Shown here: piece after piece, positions 1 through 11,300 of the stretch
Numbering within the stretch: the stretch's first letter is position 1
How the letters are laid out: each line of letters starts with the position of its first letter
Virus record (IMG/VR): IMGVR_UViG_3300007609_001205
Location: 40,834-104,833 of that record
Direction: 5' to 3' (one strand)
Length of the DNA: 64,000 bases
Origin: a virus
Lineage: Duplodnaviria; Heunggongvirae; Uroviricota; Caudoviricetes
Notes under the pieces: model-generated
Seen by the model: the letters and a program-made list of their open reading frames with translations, nothing else
What the model was told of the DNA's origin: nothing
The model's database searches: none
Translations under genes and position numbers: made by a program

Positions 1-46
1 GATTATATATAAACTATGATAAATTCCAAACCAAGTAAGTGGTCTA

Positions 47-1639
47 GTGAATTCAATATATAAATATATGAAGAAATTAAATAGAGAAGAGATGATAGAA
101 AAGATAATAGAAATACACGGAAAAAAGTATTTATTCAATTTCTTCAAATACACATCATACAAAGAAAAAGTTCAATTAATCTGTAAAACACATGGTAAAT
201 TCAATATTTCATTAAGTAATTTAATAGGAAATAAAAGAGGTTGTCCTGAATGTGGAAGAACAAGAGGTTGGGAATCAAATAAAAAAACAACTGATGAGTT
301 TATTGAAAATTCCCAAAAAATACATAAAAATAAATACAGTTATGAGAATGTAGTATATGAGAAATGGAATATCAAAGTATCTATAACCTGTAAAATACAT
401 GGTGATTTTCTCCAAAGGCCAAATACGCATTTAAATGGAAGTGGTTGTCCACAATGTGGTAAAAGAAAAAGAAGTAACAAAAAACCAAAAAAGATAGACA
501 TTAAAAAAATAAAAGAATTGAACTTTATAAATTTAGCAAAAGCCAAACACAATAATAAATATGATTATACACTTGTAGAATACCAAAGAAGCAATGAGAA
601 GGTCAAGATAGTTTGTAAGAAGCATGGAATATTCCAACAAACTCCACACCATCATAAAAATGGAAGTGGTTGTCCACAATGTGCATATCTAAATCAATTT
701 GGACCAAGACTTAAGACATGTGATTTTATCTCTATTTCAAAAAACAAACATAATAACTATTACACGTACACAAAATCTAATTACACAGGATATAAAAACA
801 AAATAATAATAACATGTCCAATACACGGTGATTTTAAACAAATACCCAAATATCATATGAACGGTGGTGGATGTATAAAATGTAATAATGGAAATGGGAA
901 TAGAAATAGGAATATTCTAAAATACACTACAAAAGAATATATTGAAAATTGCCAAAAAATACACAAAAATTATGATTACAATTTTTGTGAGTATAAGGGG
1001 ATGAAGGAAAATGTTAAAATTATATGCAATAAACATAAAGAATTTGACATCAACGCATACCTACACATAAATGGAAGTGGGTGTCCAAAATGTTCATTGG
1101 ATATGAGGAAAAGAACAAAGGACGAATTTATACAGGAGGCAAACGAAATACATAACAATATATATAAATATCTTATAAGAGATGACTATGTATCGATATC
1201 AGATAGAATACCCATAATATGTAATGAACATGGAACATTTCAACAAAAAGTTGAAACACATCTAAAGGGATGTGGTTGTAACCTTTGCAAAACAAAAAGT
1301 AGAGGGGAGATATCAATAATTAACTTTTTAAATAAATATAATATACCACACACAAGAGAAAAAACGTTCAATAATATAGATAATACAAGACTTAGGTTTG
1401 ACTTTTGGTTACCCCACAAAAAAACATTAATAGAATATGATGGGAAACATCATTTCAAACCCATAAAATATTTTGGTGGTGAAAAAGCATTCGAAAAAAT
1501 TCAAATAAATGATGAAATTAAAAACAGGTACTGCATCGAAAATAATATAAACCTCATAAGAATTAGTTACAAAGAATATAAGAATATTAAAAATATATTA
1601 AAAAATAAATTATTGATAAATGATAAATTCAAAGCCTAA
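47..1639 (+). CDS. DUF559/Vsr-like (PD-(D/E)XK) homing-endonuclease-type protein with six ~50-aa zinc-ribbon-like repeats
   Basis: Six repeats of pattern H..KYDY...EKVKI.C..HG.F.Q.P..H.NGSGCP.C. C-terminus RFDFWLP...IEYDGKHHF matches the DUF559/Vsr endonuclease motif. The track ORF opens at GTG 47; the first ATG is at 68, directly after TATAAATA. Confidence 0.6.
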   Translation: MNSIYKYMKKLNREEMIEKIIEIHGKKYLFNFFKYTSYKEKVQLICKTHGKFNISLSNLIGNKRGCPECGRTRGWESNKKTTDEFIENSQKIHKNKYSYENVVYEKWNIKVSITCKIHGDFLQRPNTHLNGSGCPQCGKRKRSNKKPKKIDIKKIKELNFINLAKAKHNNKYDYTLVEYQRSNEKVKIVCKKHGIFQQTPHHHKNGSGCPQCAYLNQFGPRLKTCDFISISKNKHNNYYTYTKSNYTGYKNKIIITCPIHGDFKQIPKYHMNGGGCIKCNNGNGNRNRNILKYTTKEYIENCQKIHKNYDYNFCEYKGMKENVKIICNKHKEFDINAYLHINGSGCPKCSLDMRKRTKDEFIQEANEIHNNIYKYLIRDDYVSISDRIPIICNEHGTFQQKVETHLKGCGCNLCKTKSRGEISIINFLNKYNIPHTREKTFNNIDNTRLRFDFWLPHKKTLIEYDGKHHFKPIKYFGGEKAFEKIQINDEIKNRYCIENNINLIRISYKEYKNIKNILKNKLLINDKFKA

Positions 1640-2159
1640 TAATAATAAATATCACCAAGGAAATTACATTCCTATAAATAAAGAAAAAGTAATAAAACTA
1701 AACTCAGAAGGGGGAATCTACTACCGTAGTTCCCTCGAAAAAAAAAAAATGATGGTTTGGTTCGATAATAATGATAAAATAATTAGATGGTGTGCAGAGT
1801 GTAACAAAATACCATACCAACTCACACATTATGAAAAATCAGGTGATATAAACTTAAAAAGCCATACCTATTATCCCGATTTCTATTACGAATTAGAAAA
1901 GAATGACAGAACAACCTCAAAAGTTATATGTGAGGTAAAACCACACAAGGAATATGAAGATGTTATTCTATTCGAAAAGAAATTGTTCAATGTACCCCAA
2001 AATGCAACCACAAAAAAATTGAAAAATTTAGAATATCGACTTAAAATGGCACAAAAGAATTCACAGAAATGGAAAACAATGATACGTTACTGTGAGAAAA
2101 AGGGACTTAAATTCATTGTTATAACAGAACAACACCTCAAAAGCAAAAAATTCAATTAA
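1620..2159 (+). CDS. hypothetical protein
   Basis: 179-aa ORF with phage-like K/E-rich composition; its 5' end overlaps the previous gene by 20 nt, so the true start may be internal. Confidence 0.35.
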   Translation: MINSKPNNNKYHQGNYIPINKEKVIKLNSEGGIYYRSSLEKKKMMVWFDNNDKIIRWCAECNKIPYQLTHYEKSGDINLKSHTYYPDFYYELEKNDRTTSKVICEVKPHKEYEDVILFEKKLFNVPQNATTKKLKNLEYRLKMAQKNSQKWKTMIRYCEKKGLKFIVITEQHLKSKKFN

Positions 2160-3106
2160 TTTTTATCACTGAACGTATCCAATGTTTTTAGAAATTCTTT
2201 ATATGTCATATCTATACCATCTCTTAGAGAGGTTTTTGGTTCCCACCCAATTTCTTTCAATTTAGAAACATCCAATAATTTTCTAGGAGTACCATCTGGT
2301 TTGCTCTGATCAAACTCAACGTTACAATAATGACCAATAACATCCTGTATCAGATACACAAGATCTCTTATAGATATATCCTCACCTGTACCAATATTCA
2401 CAATTTCACTTCCGTTATGATGTTCAAATAAATAAACACACGCCTCTGCAAGATCATCAACATAAAGGAATTCCCTTTTTGGGTTTCCGGAACCCCAAAC
2501 AACCACATTATTATCACTTGAATTCATTGATTCGTGTACCTTCCGAATAAGGGCGGGTAATACATGCGATGCTTCAAGATCATAATTATCATTCGGTCCA
2601 TATAGATTCGTAGGCATCACCGATATGAAATTTGTACCATGTTGCTCATTATACGATTGACACATCTTTATACCGGCAATCTTAGCAATTGCATAAGAGT
2701 CATTAGTGGGTTCTAACTCACCGGTCATCAAATACTCCTCTTTTATTGGCTGTTTGGACATCTTAGGATAAATACATGATGAACCAAGGAATAACAATTT
2801 CTCCACTCCATACAAATAAGAGTGGTGTATTACATTATTCTGTATCATCAGATTCTTGTATAGAAAATCTGCTTTTTTAGAATCATTCGCATGGATACCA
2901 CCTACCTTGGCGGCTGCCATAAAAACAAACACCGGACGATGTTTTTTAAAATACATATCCACTCTACCTTGGTTTGTCATGTCCAATTCTGAACTTGTTG
3001 GGGATAGTATATTATTAAATCCCCTCGATTTTAATTGTCGTATTATAGCAGAGCCAACCATACCTCTACCACCACAGACTAATATTTTAGAATACGGTTT
3101 TATCAT
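2156..3106 (-). CDS. fcl: GDP-L-fucose synthase (GDP-4-keto-6-deoxymannose 3,5-epimerase/4-reductase)
   Basis: N-terminus [15 protein letters not shown] (Rossmann GxxGxxG), plus YxxxK and NLYGPNDN motifs typical of Fcl/WcaG; its 3' end overlaps gmd by 4 nt. Confidence 0.85.
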   Translation of the reverse strand: MIKPYSKILVCGGRGMVGSAIIRQLKSRGFNNILSPTSSELDMTNQGRVDMYFKKHRPVFVFMAAAKVGGIHANDSKKADFLYKNLMIQNNVIHHSYLYGVEKLLFLGSSCIYPKMSKQPIKEEYLMTGELEPTNDSYAIAKIAGIKMCQSYNEQHGTNFISVMPTNLYGPNDNYDLEASHVLPALIRKVHESMNSSDNNVVVWGSGNPKREFLYVDDLAEACVYLFEHHNGSEIVNIGTGEDISIRDLVYLIQDVIGHYCNVEFDQSKPDGTPRKLLDVSKLKEIGWEPKTSLRDGIDMTYKEFLKTLDTFSDKN

Positions 3107-4149
3107 TGTGTAACTTTCAATTTAATCAAATCTGCTGATACCATTTCCCTACAAAGTTCTTCAACCGTATATTCGGGTTCCCAATTAAGTACCTCTTTGG
3201 CTTTTGTAGAATCACCAAGGAGTTCATCTACCTCTGTGGGGCGGAAGTATTTCTCATCAATTTTTATAAGAACTTTATTTGTTTTCGAATCAATACCCAC
3301 TTCATCAACTCCTTCACCTTTCCACTCAATATCAACACCAATTTCACGAAATGCCATTTCACAAAAATCCCGAACTGATATCTTCTTACCAGTTGATAAT
3401 ACATAATCTTCTGCTTTTTTTTGCTGCAGCATCAACCACATACCACGAACATAATCCTTTGCATGTCCCCAATCCCTTTCAGCATCCAAATTCCCAATAG
3501 AAAGACTGTCTTGTAGTCCAAGTTTTATTTTCGCAACTGCCTGTGTTATCTTCCGAGTAACAAATGTTTCTCCACGAACAGGACTTTCGTGATTGAACAA
3601 TATACCAGAACAGGCATAAATTCCATATGACTCTCTATAATTCACAGTTATCCAATGTGCATATAACTTTGCTACACCATAAGGACTACGTGGATAAAAG
3701 GGTGTAGTTTCCTTTTGTGGAACTTCTTGTACAAGACCAAACATCTCAGATGTTGATGCTTGGTAAAATTTGGTCTTATTTTCCAATTTCAGAATACGGA
3801 TGGCTTCAAGGATTCTCAAAGTTCCCAGTGCATCAGAGTTTGCCGTGTATTCAGGTGTTTCAAATGAAACCTTAACGTGTGATTGTGCAGCCAAATTATA
3901 AATTTCAGTTGGCTGCACTTCCTGTACGATCCGTATTATATTTGTCGAATCCGTAAGATCCCCATAATGCAAAAAGAAACGATCCTTATATTTGGGGTTT
4001 TCGTATATGTGGTCTATCCTATCTGTATTGAACGAGGAACTTCTTCTTTTTATACCATGGACAATATACCCATTGTCCAAAAGTAATTCCGCCAAATATG
4101 ACCCATCTTGTCCGGTTATACCGGTAATTAATCCAACTTTTTTAGCCAT
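3103..4149 (-). CDS. gmd: GDP-mannose 4,6-dehydratase
   Basis: [43 protein letters not shown] is the canonical GMD N-terminus; SDR catalytic region present. Confidence 0.9.
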   Translation of the reverse strand: MAKKVGLITGITGQDGSYLAELLLDNGYIVHGIKRRSSSFNTDRIDHIYENPKYKDRFFLHYGDLTDSTNIIRIVQEVQPTEIYNLAAQSHVKVSFETPEYTANSDALGTLRILEAIRILKLENKTKFYQASTSEMFGLVQEVPQKETTPFYPRSPYGVAKLYAHWITVNYRESYGIYACSGILFNHESPVRGETFVTRKITQAVAKIKLGLQDSLSIGNLDAERDWGHAKDYVRGMWLMLQQKKAEDYVLSTGKKISVRDFCEMAFREIGVDIEWKGEGVDEVGIDSKTNKVLIKIDEKYFRPTEVDELLGDSTKAKEVLNWEPEYTVEELCREMVSADLIKLKVTQ

Positions 4150-4200
4150 TGATAAATCTTAAATTTATTTCTTATATCAAATGGAAATAGATTTGTCCAA

Positions 4201-4572
4201 TTAAATTGAATGTAATCCTTGTCCATCATTCGAACCCTGTATAGATATCAACTTAATATTGTTATCGGGGTCACCCTTCTTTTTATACAGAACATTAAAT
4301 TGTTCAGTAAGGGCACGTTTAAATATTTCTGTGAAATATGCAAATGCATTCTCAGACTTCTCTTGATTGAAATTATACCAATTCTGGTACATTTTCAACA
4401 ACCCCATCTGAAAACAATCCATTTTATCATCTTCGGTGAAGAAACGTTTGTTCATTTTTTTTATAGCCTCAGTTCCCAAAATCTCCAACATTTTTACAGA
4501 TCTTCTTGTTAATTTCCCTCTGGCTTTTGATACTACTATTTCATAATACAGTTCTTTATTATTTATGTGCAT
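4201..4572 (-). CDS. late-transcription sigma factor, T4 gp55-like
   Basis: The NNKELYYEIV, KMLEIL and NAFAYFTEIF blocks align with T4 gp55 (VNNKELLQAI ... NPHAYITQACFNAF). Size 123 aa. Confidence 0.65.
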   Translation of the reverse strand: MHINNKELYYEIVVSKARGKLTRRSVKMLEILGTEAIKKMNKRFFTEDDKMDCFQMGLLKMYQNWYNFNQEKSENAFAYFTEIFKRALTEQFNVLYKKKGDPDNNIKLISIQGSNDGQGLHSI

Positions 4573-4668
4573 AAATTAAGCATTGTTTTTTTACCACTAG
4601 TGGTTATACTAATGCTTTTGAATTATATGATAAAATTATAAATAAGTTTTAAAAATAGCCCAGAAACA

Positions 4669-4699
4669 AAAAAAAAAATCCGACCGTAGGTCGGATTTT
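4669..4699 (-). terminator. intrinsic terminator (hairpin TCCGACC-GTA-GGTCGGA)
   Basis: 7-bp GC-rich stem flanked by A10 upstream and T4 downstream on the + strand. On the minus strand it reads hairpin + T10, separating the 4719..5996 gene from the gp55-like gene. Confidence 0.6.
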
Positions 4700-4718
4700 C
4701 CAAGTATAACTATTCAGG

Positions 4719-5996
4719 TTATTTTTTAACTCTTTCTTTGTACTGAAGTTCTTTAATTCCATCAACTTCTGTCTTCAAGTTATTTTCTCTTGTTTTTAAG
4801 TTTTCAAATGCCTCTGTAAGAACTTCGGACTCACCCATAATTTCCATAGAAGACTTTATCTTAGAAATGTTGAATTGAACATCTTCCAATTTAAGAGTAA
4901 CTTCTCTTTCTTTGTCTTCTAATTTTTTCTTAACAACTACCTCTTTATCAAGTTTAGTTTCAAAGAAATAAGTGAGATCACACTGAAGTTCATTTCTAAC
5001 TTCATTAACCAACTCCAATGCTGATTCATATTTGAAGAATGAATGTCCATATCTTTCATCACATCTATACAAGAATGTATTATCTTTGTAATTGAAAACA
5101 TATGCTTCCAATGTAGGGTTAATCAGATTACTAACTCTTTTAACAACATCCAATTCAACAAATGAATCTAAATTATTAGATACTTCAAGAATGATCGGAT
5201 AAAAACTTCTATTTACGATAGGAATTACCGGTGAATTGAAAACTGACTCAAGAGTACTCTCATCAGTCATCTCATCATCATTGATATAAACTCCTTTCTT
5301 TGAAACTCCAAGCCCAATAGTCAAATATTCAGAAATTCTGAAATCTATTCTTGATTCAGAGATTTCACTGAACTGCATTGAGTTTTGAAGAGTTCTTAAT
5401 GTTTCTAATCTCTCATCATCAGAAATATGTGATTCAAGCAATGTTTTCTCAATAACGCCATCTGAAAGCAAAAACCATGAATCCTTAATAAATGCCAAGT
5501 GACCATCTTCAACTTGCTCTACAATAGTATAAACAGGCTCAGATTTACCACCACTCAAAAGATTTGATCTATCCTCCGGATTCTTTGTTAAATTATGAAC
5601 AAAAAGCTTTATTTCTGGAACCCAGTCATAGATTGACAATTCGTTTAGGATCTTAGTGATTCGATCTTGATCAGTTTCCATGTTAATTGTTTCCAATAAA
5701 ACATTTATAGGCTGTCGATACAATTCACCCTGGTTCTTTGAATTTAAAACATTGAATAATGACTTCAATTCATATACCAATTTAAATTCCTCAACATCAT
5801 TGTTAATGCCTTCAAGAAAGGATTTAACTTGGTCATCAAATGAATACTTATTAAGTTTTTCATTCAGTGATTTTATAATCCCTAATTCTGCGTGGTCATT
5901 GAAATTCATGTGTCCCTCTATAATATAAGCCACATCTGATTGGTCATATGACAAAGATTTTTTGAAGTTGAATAGTTCAAGCTTTAGATTCTTCAT
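4719..5996 (-). CDS. hypothetical protein (acidic, coiled-coil C-terminus)
   Basis: 425-aa ORF; no motif recognised. Confidence 0.5.
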   Translation of the reverse strand: MKNLKLELFNFKKSLSYDQSDVAYIIEGHMNFNDHAELGIIKSLNEKLNKYSFDDQVKSFLEGINNDVEEFKLVYELKSLFNVLNSKNQGELYRQPINVLLETINMETDQDRITKILNELSIYDWVPEIKLFVHNLTKNPEDRSNLLSGGKSEPVYTIVEQVEDGHLAFIKDSWFLLSDGVIEKTLLESHISDDERLETLRTLQNSMQFSEISESRIDFRISEYLTIGLGVSKKGVYINDDEMTDESTLESVFNSPVIPIVNRSFYPIILEVSNNLDSFVELDVVKRVSNLINPTLEAYVFNYKDNTFLYRCDERYGHSFFKYESALELVNEVRNELQCDLTYFFETKLDKEVVVKKKLEDKEREVTLKLEDVQFNISKIKSSMEIMGESEVLTEAFENLKTRENNLKTEVDGIKELQYKERVKK

Positions 5997-6053
5997 ATTC
6001 TGAAATATTTTTTTTATATAAACTATATATTAGTATTAAAAACCCACTTTTTT

Positions 6054-6800
6054 CTATTTACCGATATCACCGGAATTTGGGTTTTTCCCATTCGGCTTAC
6101 CATCTCTCAAATTTTTCAAATTATTATACCACTTGGTCCTCATTGGACTGGCTTTCAATGTATCATCCTCCTCGTTAAACGATGGGTAATATGTTTGAAC
6201 TTCAATTTGTGCATTTAACCGTATCTCATTATCACCGGTCAAACCACCCTTTTCTCTCGAAATATCAATACTATTATTATCAGGCATTTGCATATAAGCA
6301 TCAATATGCATATAGTTATATTCAAAGAACATAAATTTATATAACCAAAGTGTATCCATTATTGACTGAGAACACTTAAATGTATCAATTTCAGTTTTCA
6401 ACAATATGGATAGGTCATAAGTGGCACTTATTGGCACAGCCCTTACCTTTTTCAACTCTCTCCTCAATTCAAGTCCCTCTTCTTTAATATCCTTTAACCA
6501 CATATTGGGATTTCTGAATTCATCAGAACGAATTGTCCAATCTTTCAATGTCAGGTGACCACGTGGTATCTGGTCAGTATTAAGTTCGACATACCTATTC
6601 TCGGAAACAATATCATCTTGGAAAGAATCCAAAAGAAATCTCTCATCACCGGACAGAGAATAATAAATCGGAACATTCACCTCAACATCTTTCTTAGTGA
6701 AACGGTTTGTCCATTTTATCCTTCCTTCGAGTGTATCCAACACACAAATGGTCAGATCACGAAAAAATACATCTTGATAATTAAACTTTTTGCCAATCAT
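6054..6800 (-). CDS. hypothetical protein
   Basis: The track ORF 6054..6887 overlaps the start of the clamp-loader gene by ~100 nt. An internal Met (MIGKKF, ~6800) gives a non-overlapping 249-aa product. Confidence 0.45.
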   Translation of the reverse strand: MIGKKFNYQDVFFRDLTICVLDTLEGRIKWTNRFTKKDVEVNVPIYYSLSGDERFLLDSFQDDIVSENRYVELNTDQIPRGHLTLKDWTIRSDEFRNPNMWLKDIKEEGLELRRELKKVRAVPISATYDLSILLKTEIDTFKCSQSIMDTLWLYKFMFFEYNYMHIDAYMQMPDNNSIDISREKGGLTGDNEIRLNAQIEVQTYYPSFNEEDDTLKASPMRTKWYNNLKNLRDGKPNGKNPNSGDIGK

Positions 6801-7782
6801 ACCACTATATATTAAGAAACAAAAACCTCGTAATATGAAAGACTTACTTTTTTGGGAAAGATACAGACCAAGGAAAATGGAAGACATGGTTCTCCCTGAA
6901 AGAATAACAAATCATTTTAAGAATGGACTCAATAAAAATGTTATATTATATGGAGATTTTGGAACAGGGAAAACATCACTTGCAAGAATTCTCATTGGGA
7001 AATATAGAACAGGTACCAATTACATCGAAGTAAACTCATCACTATACACATCAATTGATTTATTGAGAAACGAGATAGAAAAATTCTGCAAATCAACAAA
7101 TATAATAGACACAGAAGATGATGTAAAATATGTTTTCCTAGATGAATATGAACGTGTATCTGCTCAATTCGAAGATGCATTCAAAGCATTTAGTGAAAAA
7201 TACAAACACGTAAGGTTTATTCTAACCACCAACCACTATAACAAAGTATCTAAAGGAATAAAATCAAGGTTTACAGGAATAAACTTCAACTTTCACGAAG
7301 ATGAAAAGAAAGACATTCAACAGAGGTTTTATAAAAAGTTAAAAAATATATGTGCCAACGAATCAATAACCATTGATAATAAGACATTGGCCGATGTTGT
7401 TAAGAAGAATTTTCCCGATATGAGGTCAATGGTACAAAGAGTCCAAGACATCAAAGATACCGGAACAGAAGAGAAGTCAATTGAAATAAATACAGAACTA
7501 CAAGAAAACCTATACAAAACCCTATTCGAAAAAGATATGACATACAATGAAATATATCATTTCGTAATGGATAATTTTGGGGATGATAACATTGATGTAA
7601 TGTTTCAAATATTATCAAGACCATTTGTTGATCATATGATTGAAAAGAAACAATCAGTAAACCAACTCTTCAAATGTAATTATATCATAACCGATACCTA
7701 CCCCAAATTGGAAACAAATGCAGACCCAATTATCGTTGCAATGACAACCATAGGAAGGTTAAGAGATATTCTCACATCTTAA
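6790..7782 (+). CDS. clamp loader ATPase subunit, T4 gp44-like (AAA+)
   Basis: The Walker A motif GDFGTGKTSLARIL, the Walker B motif VFLDEYER, and VKKNFPDMRSMVQRVQDI aligning with T4 gp44 ALVKKNFPDFRKTIGELD. Confidence 0.8.
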   Translation: MPIIPLYIKKQKPRNMKDLLFWERYRPRKMEDMVLPERITNHFKNGLNKNVILYGDFGTGKTSLARILIGKYRTGTNYIEVNSSLYTSIDLLRNEIEKFCKSTNIIDTEDDVKYVFLDEYERVSAQFEDAFKAFSEKYKHVRFILTTNHYNKVSKGIKSRFTGINFNFHEDEKKDIQQRFYKKLKNICANESITIDNKTLADVVKKNFPDMRSMVQRVQDIKDTGTEEKSIEINTELQENLYKTLFEKDMTYNEIYHFVMDNFGDDNIDVMFQILSRPFVDHMIEKKQSVNQLFKCNYIITDTYPKLETNADPIIVAMTTIGRLRDILTS

Positions 7783-7947
7783 TCATTCAAAAATGCTGCT
7801 TCCATAATTTAACCGTACACCCATTTCATAATATCATCGATATATATATCAAATCTATTGCATAATATTCATCACATACGAATGATATATCAACTAAGAT
7901 GAGGTATTCCATTTAAATAATGATGAAAATTCATAAAAAGGTACAAG

Positions 7948-8352
7948 GTGTTCCATATCAATAATATATATTATATGCCAGAGTTCGATTTTAAAGATAT
8001 GTATATAGGATACCAAGGACACCCACGGTTCCAAGTGAATACCATCATAACCGATGACATAATCCGTGTGATTATTCAAAAATACGAGATGATCATCTTC
8101 ACAAATAAAGGAGAACTCTATGGTGATCCAAATTTTGGGGCAGATCTTTTGAAATTATTATACGAAACAAGAATATCAGCAACAGCAACACGAAATGTGA
8201 TTGCTCAACAAATCTCGGAATACATACCAGAATTGAACGATATCGATTATGGGTTGGAAGTTGTATTTGAACAAGACCCGGAAAAGTTCCAAGATATAAT
8301 GATTGTGAATTTCACCATACGTGAATACGAAGTTAAAGCAATAATTGCCTAA
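7948..8352 (+). CDS. baseplate wedge protein, gp25/GPW family
   Basis: TNKGELYGDPNFGADLLKLLYE...ATRNVIAQQISEYIPELNDIDYGLEV aligns with T4 gp25 TRKGSRPFDPEFGCDLSDQLFE...VERNIESAVRNYEPRI. The track start is GTG 7948; there is an ATG at 7975. Confidence 0.7.
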   Translation: MFHINNIYYMPEFDFKDMYIGYQGHPRFQVNTIITDDIIRVIIQKYEMIIFTNKGELYGDPNFGADLLKLLYETRISATATRNVIAQQISEYIPELNDIDYGLEVVFEQDPEKFQDIMIVNFTIREYEVKAIIA

Positions 8353-11300
8353 CTCAACCTCTTAGTACCAAGTGTCGCATTCCTATATTGCTTCGATGTT
8401 AAATTAGCAAATGCCTCTAATTCCTGTATATCAAGTATCCCCTTTATCTCATAATTCTTTCTATCTCTCCAATTAAGACCATAACCATTATTAGAACTCA
8501 CCTCAACAACTATAAATGGGTCAATATTTGAATCAACCGTGAAGTTGAATGGGTCAGTGTTAGAAGATAGCCTTCTCTCACTTATTCGTTGAATTGGATG
8601 TAAATCTATCTCTTTCCATTCTGTTATATCAATCCAATTCGTAAATTGACCACCATTATCATTCACGGGTGGAATAACTGAGGCTGTTACAGATTGTGTC
8701 ATTCCATAACCAGAAAATATATAATTATACCTATTATAACTCACAACATCAGAAACATTATAAGTAGTACCCGTTTTCCATTCCGGAACATCCTCATACT
8801 TCCGAGGGTTATTCAAACGATTATCACCAATAACAGACTCATACACCTTATCAAAATAAATAACCTTTTCACCGACAGAATATGTCTTCAATGGATACCA
8901 TTCACGGTATATCTCATATGTTTTGATATCAACAACATATTCGTCCGGCAATGATTGAGTTACACCAAGTGGTTGATCTGCATAAAAATCAAGAACACAA
9001 TTATACACAGTTGATCCATTATTAACAGGCATCAAATAAGATTCATTCAATCTAAAACTGATAGGTGTCATCGATTCCCTCACATTGAATATGGTAACAT
9101 CTCTCATCTGGTGAGAAATATAAGTGTTCTGAACAAAATCTGTTCGACCGGTGATATCCAATATCTTATGTGATAATGGTATTATATTCCCCTGCAACCA
9201 ATATTTCAAACCTTGTAACTTTTTCTGAACCTCCTCAAGAGTATATGTCAGAACACTATTACCATCTCTATCAGTTATACGGTAAGTAAGGTTGAATAAA
9301 TTCGTGTCTTCATATGTATCATTTGGAAATGTACCTTTCAAAAAGTCATTATCTTCCCACCCCACAACAGTTTGGTCAAATATATCAGGTATCTCTACTT
9401 TGAACAATTTCATATAGTTTTTTGAAAGGCGATCAACATTCTTATAATATTCATACAGTTCAAGGTCATTATAACCAAAATAGTTTATGGCATTTATTAT
9501 TGACTTATATGCCCCAACATATGGGTATATAACATGTCGCATCATCAACATCTCTTTACGTTTCTTATTAAGGAATGTCCAATCAATTCCTTCTTCTTTA
9601 ATATCATACTCCTTAAAAATATAAACATCATCTGATGATATCAATTTACCCATATTGTTCAATTCCGTCTTGTATCTTATGTCTTCATTTTCGGTTTGAC
9701 CATATACGAAAAATCTCCCTATCTCTTTATCCCACACCCTTATACGCAACGACAAATAAGTAATTGAATTATCTGATGGATAGCCATTGACGATTGTTGA
9801 TTCATCTTCGAAAAAATCTATTTCTTTGAAAAATTCAACCTCTATCTCTCTTGAATAAACTGCCTTTACTTTCACCAAATAACCATTATTAACTGATATG
9901 TATTGGTTTGAAGCATTTGAAACATCATTTAAGAAAATGGCTATATGTTGCCCAACTTCAAGACCCCTATTGACAAACATGGTATTTGATTGTGGATTTA
10001 ACTTTATAAAACCCGAACGTTTTCCCGATACGGGATCAACCACGGTTGAAAATGATATTTCATTTGTAATATCTTGTGATACATCAATGGTAAAGTCAAT
10101 ATCTTCCTTCATATACAATTGTAATACTGAACGAAGTGCCCCCTCTTCTCTTGAACGATACCCGACAAAGGTTTCAATTGGTTGTGGTGTTGATGAAATA
10201 TCATCATTATCATCTACAAACCCCAATTCGTGGTCAATTCTCGGAAAAACGGTCTGTTGATAGATGGAATTTCCCACTTTGTCAATATCCCTATTAGGCT
10301 TATTGTTCAAATGAACCGTTGGCAAAGGCTTTTGACCAATATAGGCGAGTGGTCCATCAGTAGTCAGTTGTTCCCCCGAAAAATCATAAAGGAAAAATTC
10401 CGGAACATTATCCGAATACCATTTCCAATAAACACTTGCTGTTATACCGCCATTGAAATTGTATCGTGGTCTTCTCAAATAATCCCTCGTATTCAACCAG
10501 AGACCATCTGGTTGTGTATAATTAGGATGAAGAGCACCATATTGACTTTGTGTAACAGTCAATGGATTCGACACAACCACATTGGAAACCACAAAAGAAA
10601 CTTGTGGAACAACTTCAATTATCTGTGATAATGTAGGTTGCAAAAACCAAACAGAATTCCTATCCGGGTTGAAAACATTTCGTGTAGTATTATCACCAAC
10701 AGGTAATGTGAATAATTCCCTCACAACACCTGTAACAGAATTCATAACAGATATATTTGCATTACCCGGATCCTGATTGGAAATATAAACATCCCCATCA
10801 TAATAATTCAATACTTGGTATCCATATGCAGGCGGTACTGTATTATTATAAAATTGATTGCCATTGCTTGCATTTCTTTTATAAAACTTAGGTGCATCCG
10901 ATGATGCATATATAGAATCATCCACCCCTGAAAATTCAAGATAATTATTCGTTCCTGATGCAATACCAGTTGATATAACAACATTATTATCAATATAATA
11001 TAAATCCGAAGAGTCATAGAAATAAACTGCCTCTCTTACCGGGTCATAGATAACCTCATCATCTGTTACCGATGGAACAGAATACGTATTCACAACGGTT
11101 CGTGTCGAACCATCTATCCTTCTAACATCAGTTGGTGGGGAAACAACATACATATCCCCTTCAAATTCATTGAAAACAATATCATATCCCTGACCCGATA
11201 TGGTCTGCACCAATGAACCGGAATTGTATATTAGAACTGATGTATCTGTCGTAACATAAACATCCCCATTATCACGATTGAAATCAAGTGAGAATGCAGT

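Noticed and set aside
6790-6887. About 100-nt overlap between ORF 6054..6887 (−) and the gp44-like gene (+)
   Set aside because: This is most likely an over-extended minus-strand start. An internal Met at ~6800 removes the overlap.
8694-10776. Antisense ORFs (8694..8954, 9898..10260, 10230..10628, 10582..10776) inside the 1929-aa gene
   Set aside because: They lie entirely within a long, well-formed opposite-strand ORF, have skewed low-complexity composition and no motifs. They are AT-rich frame artefacts.
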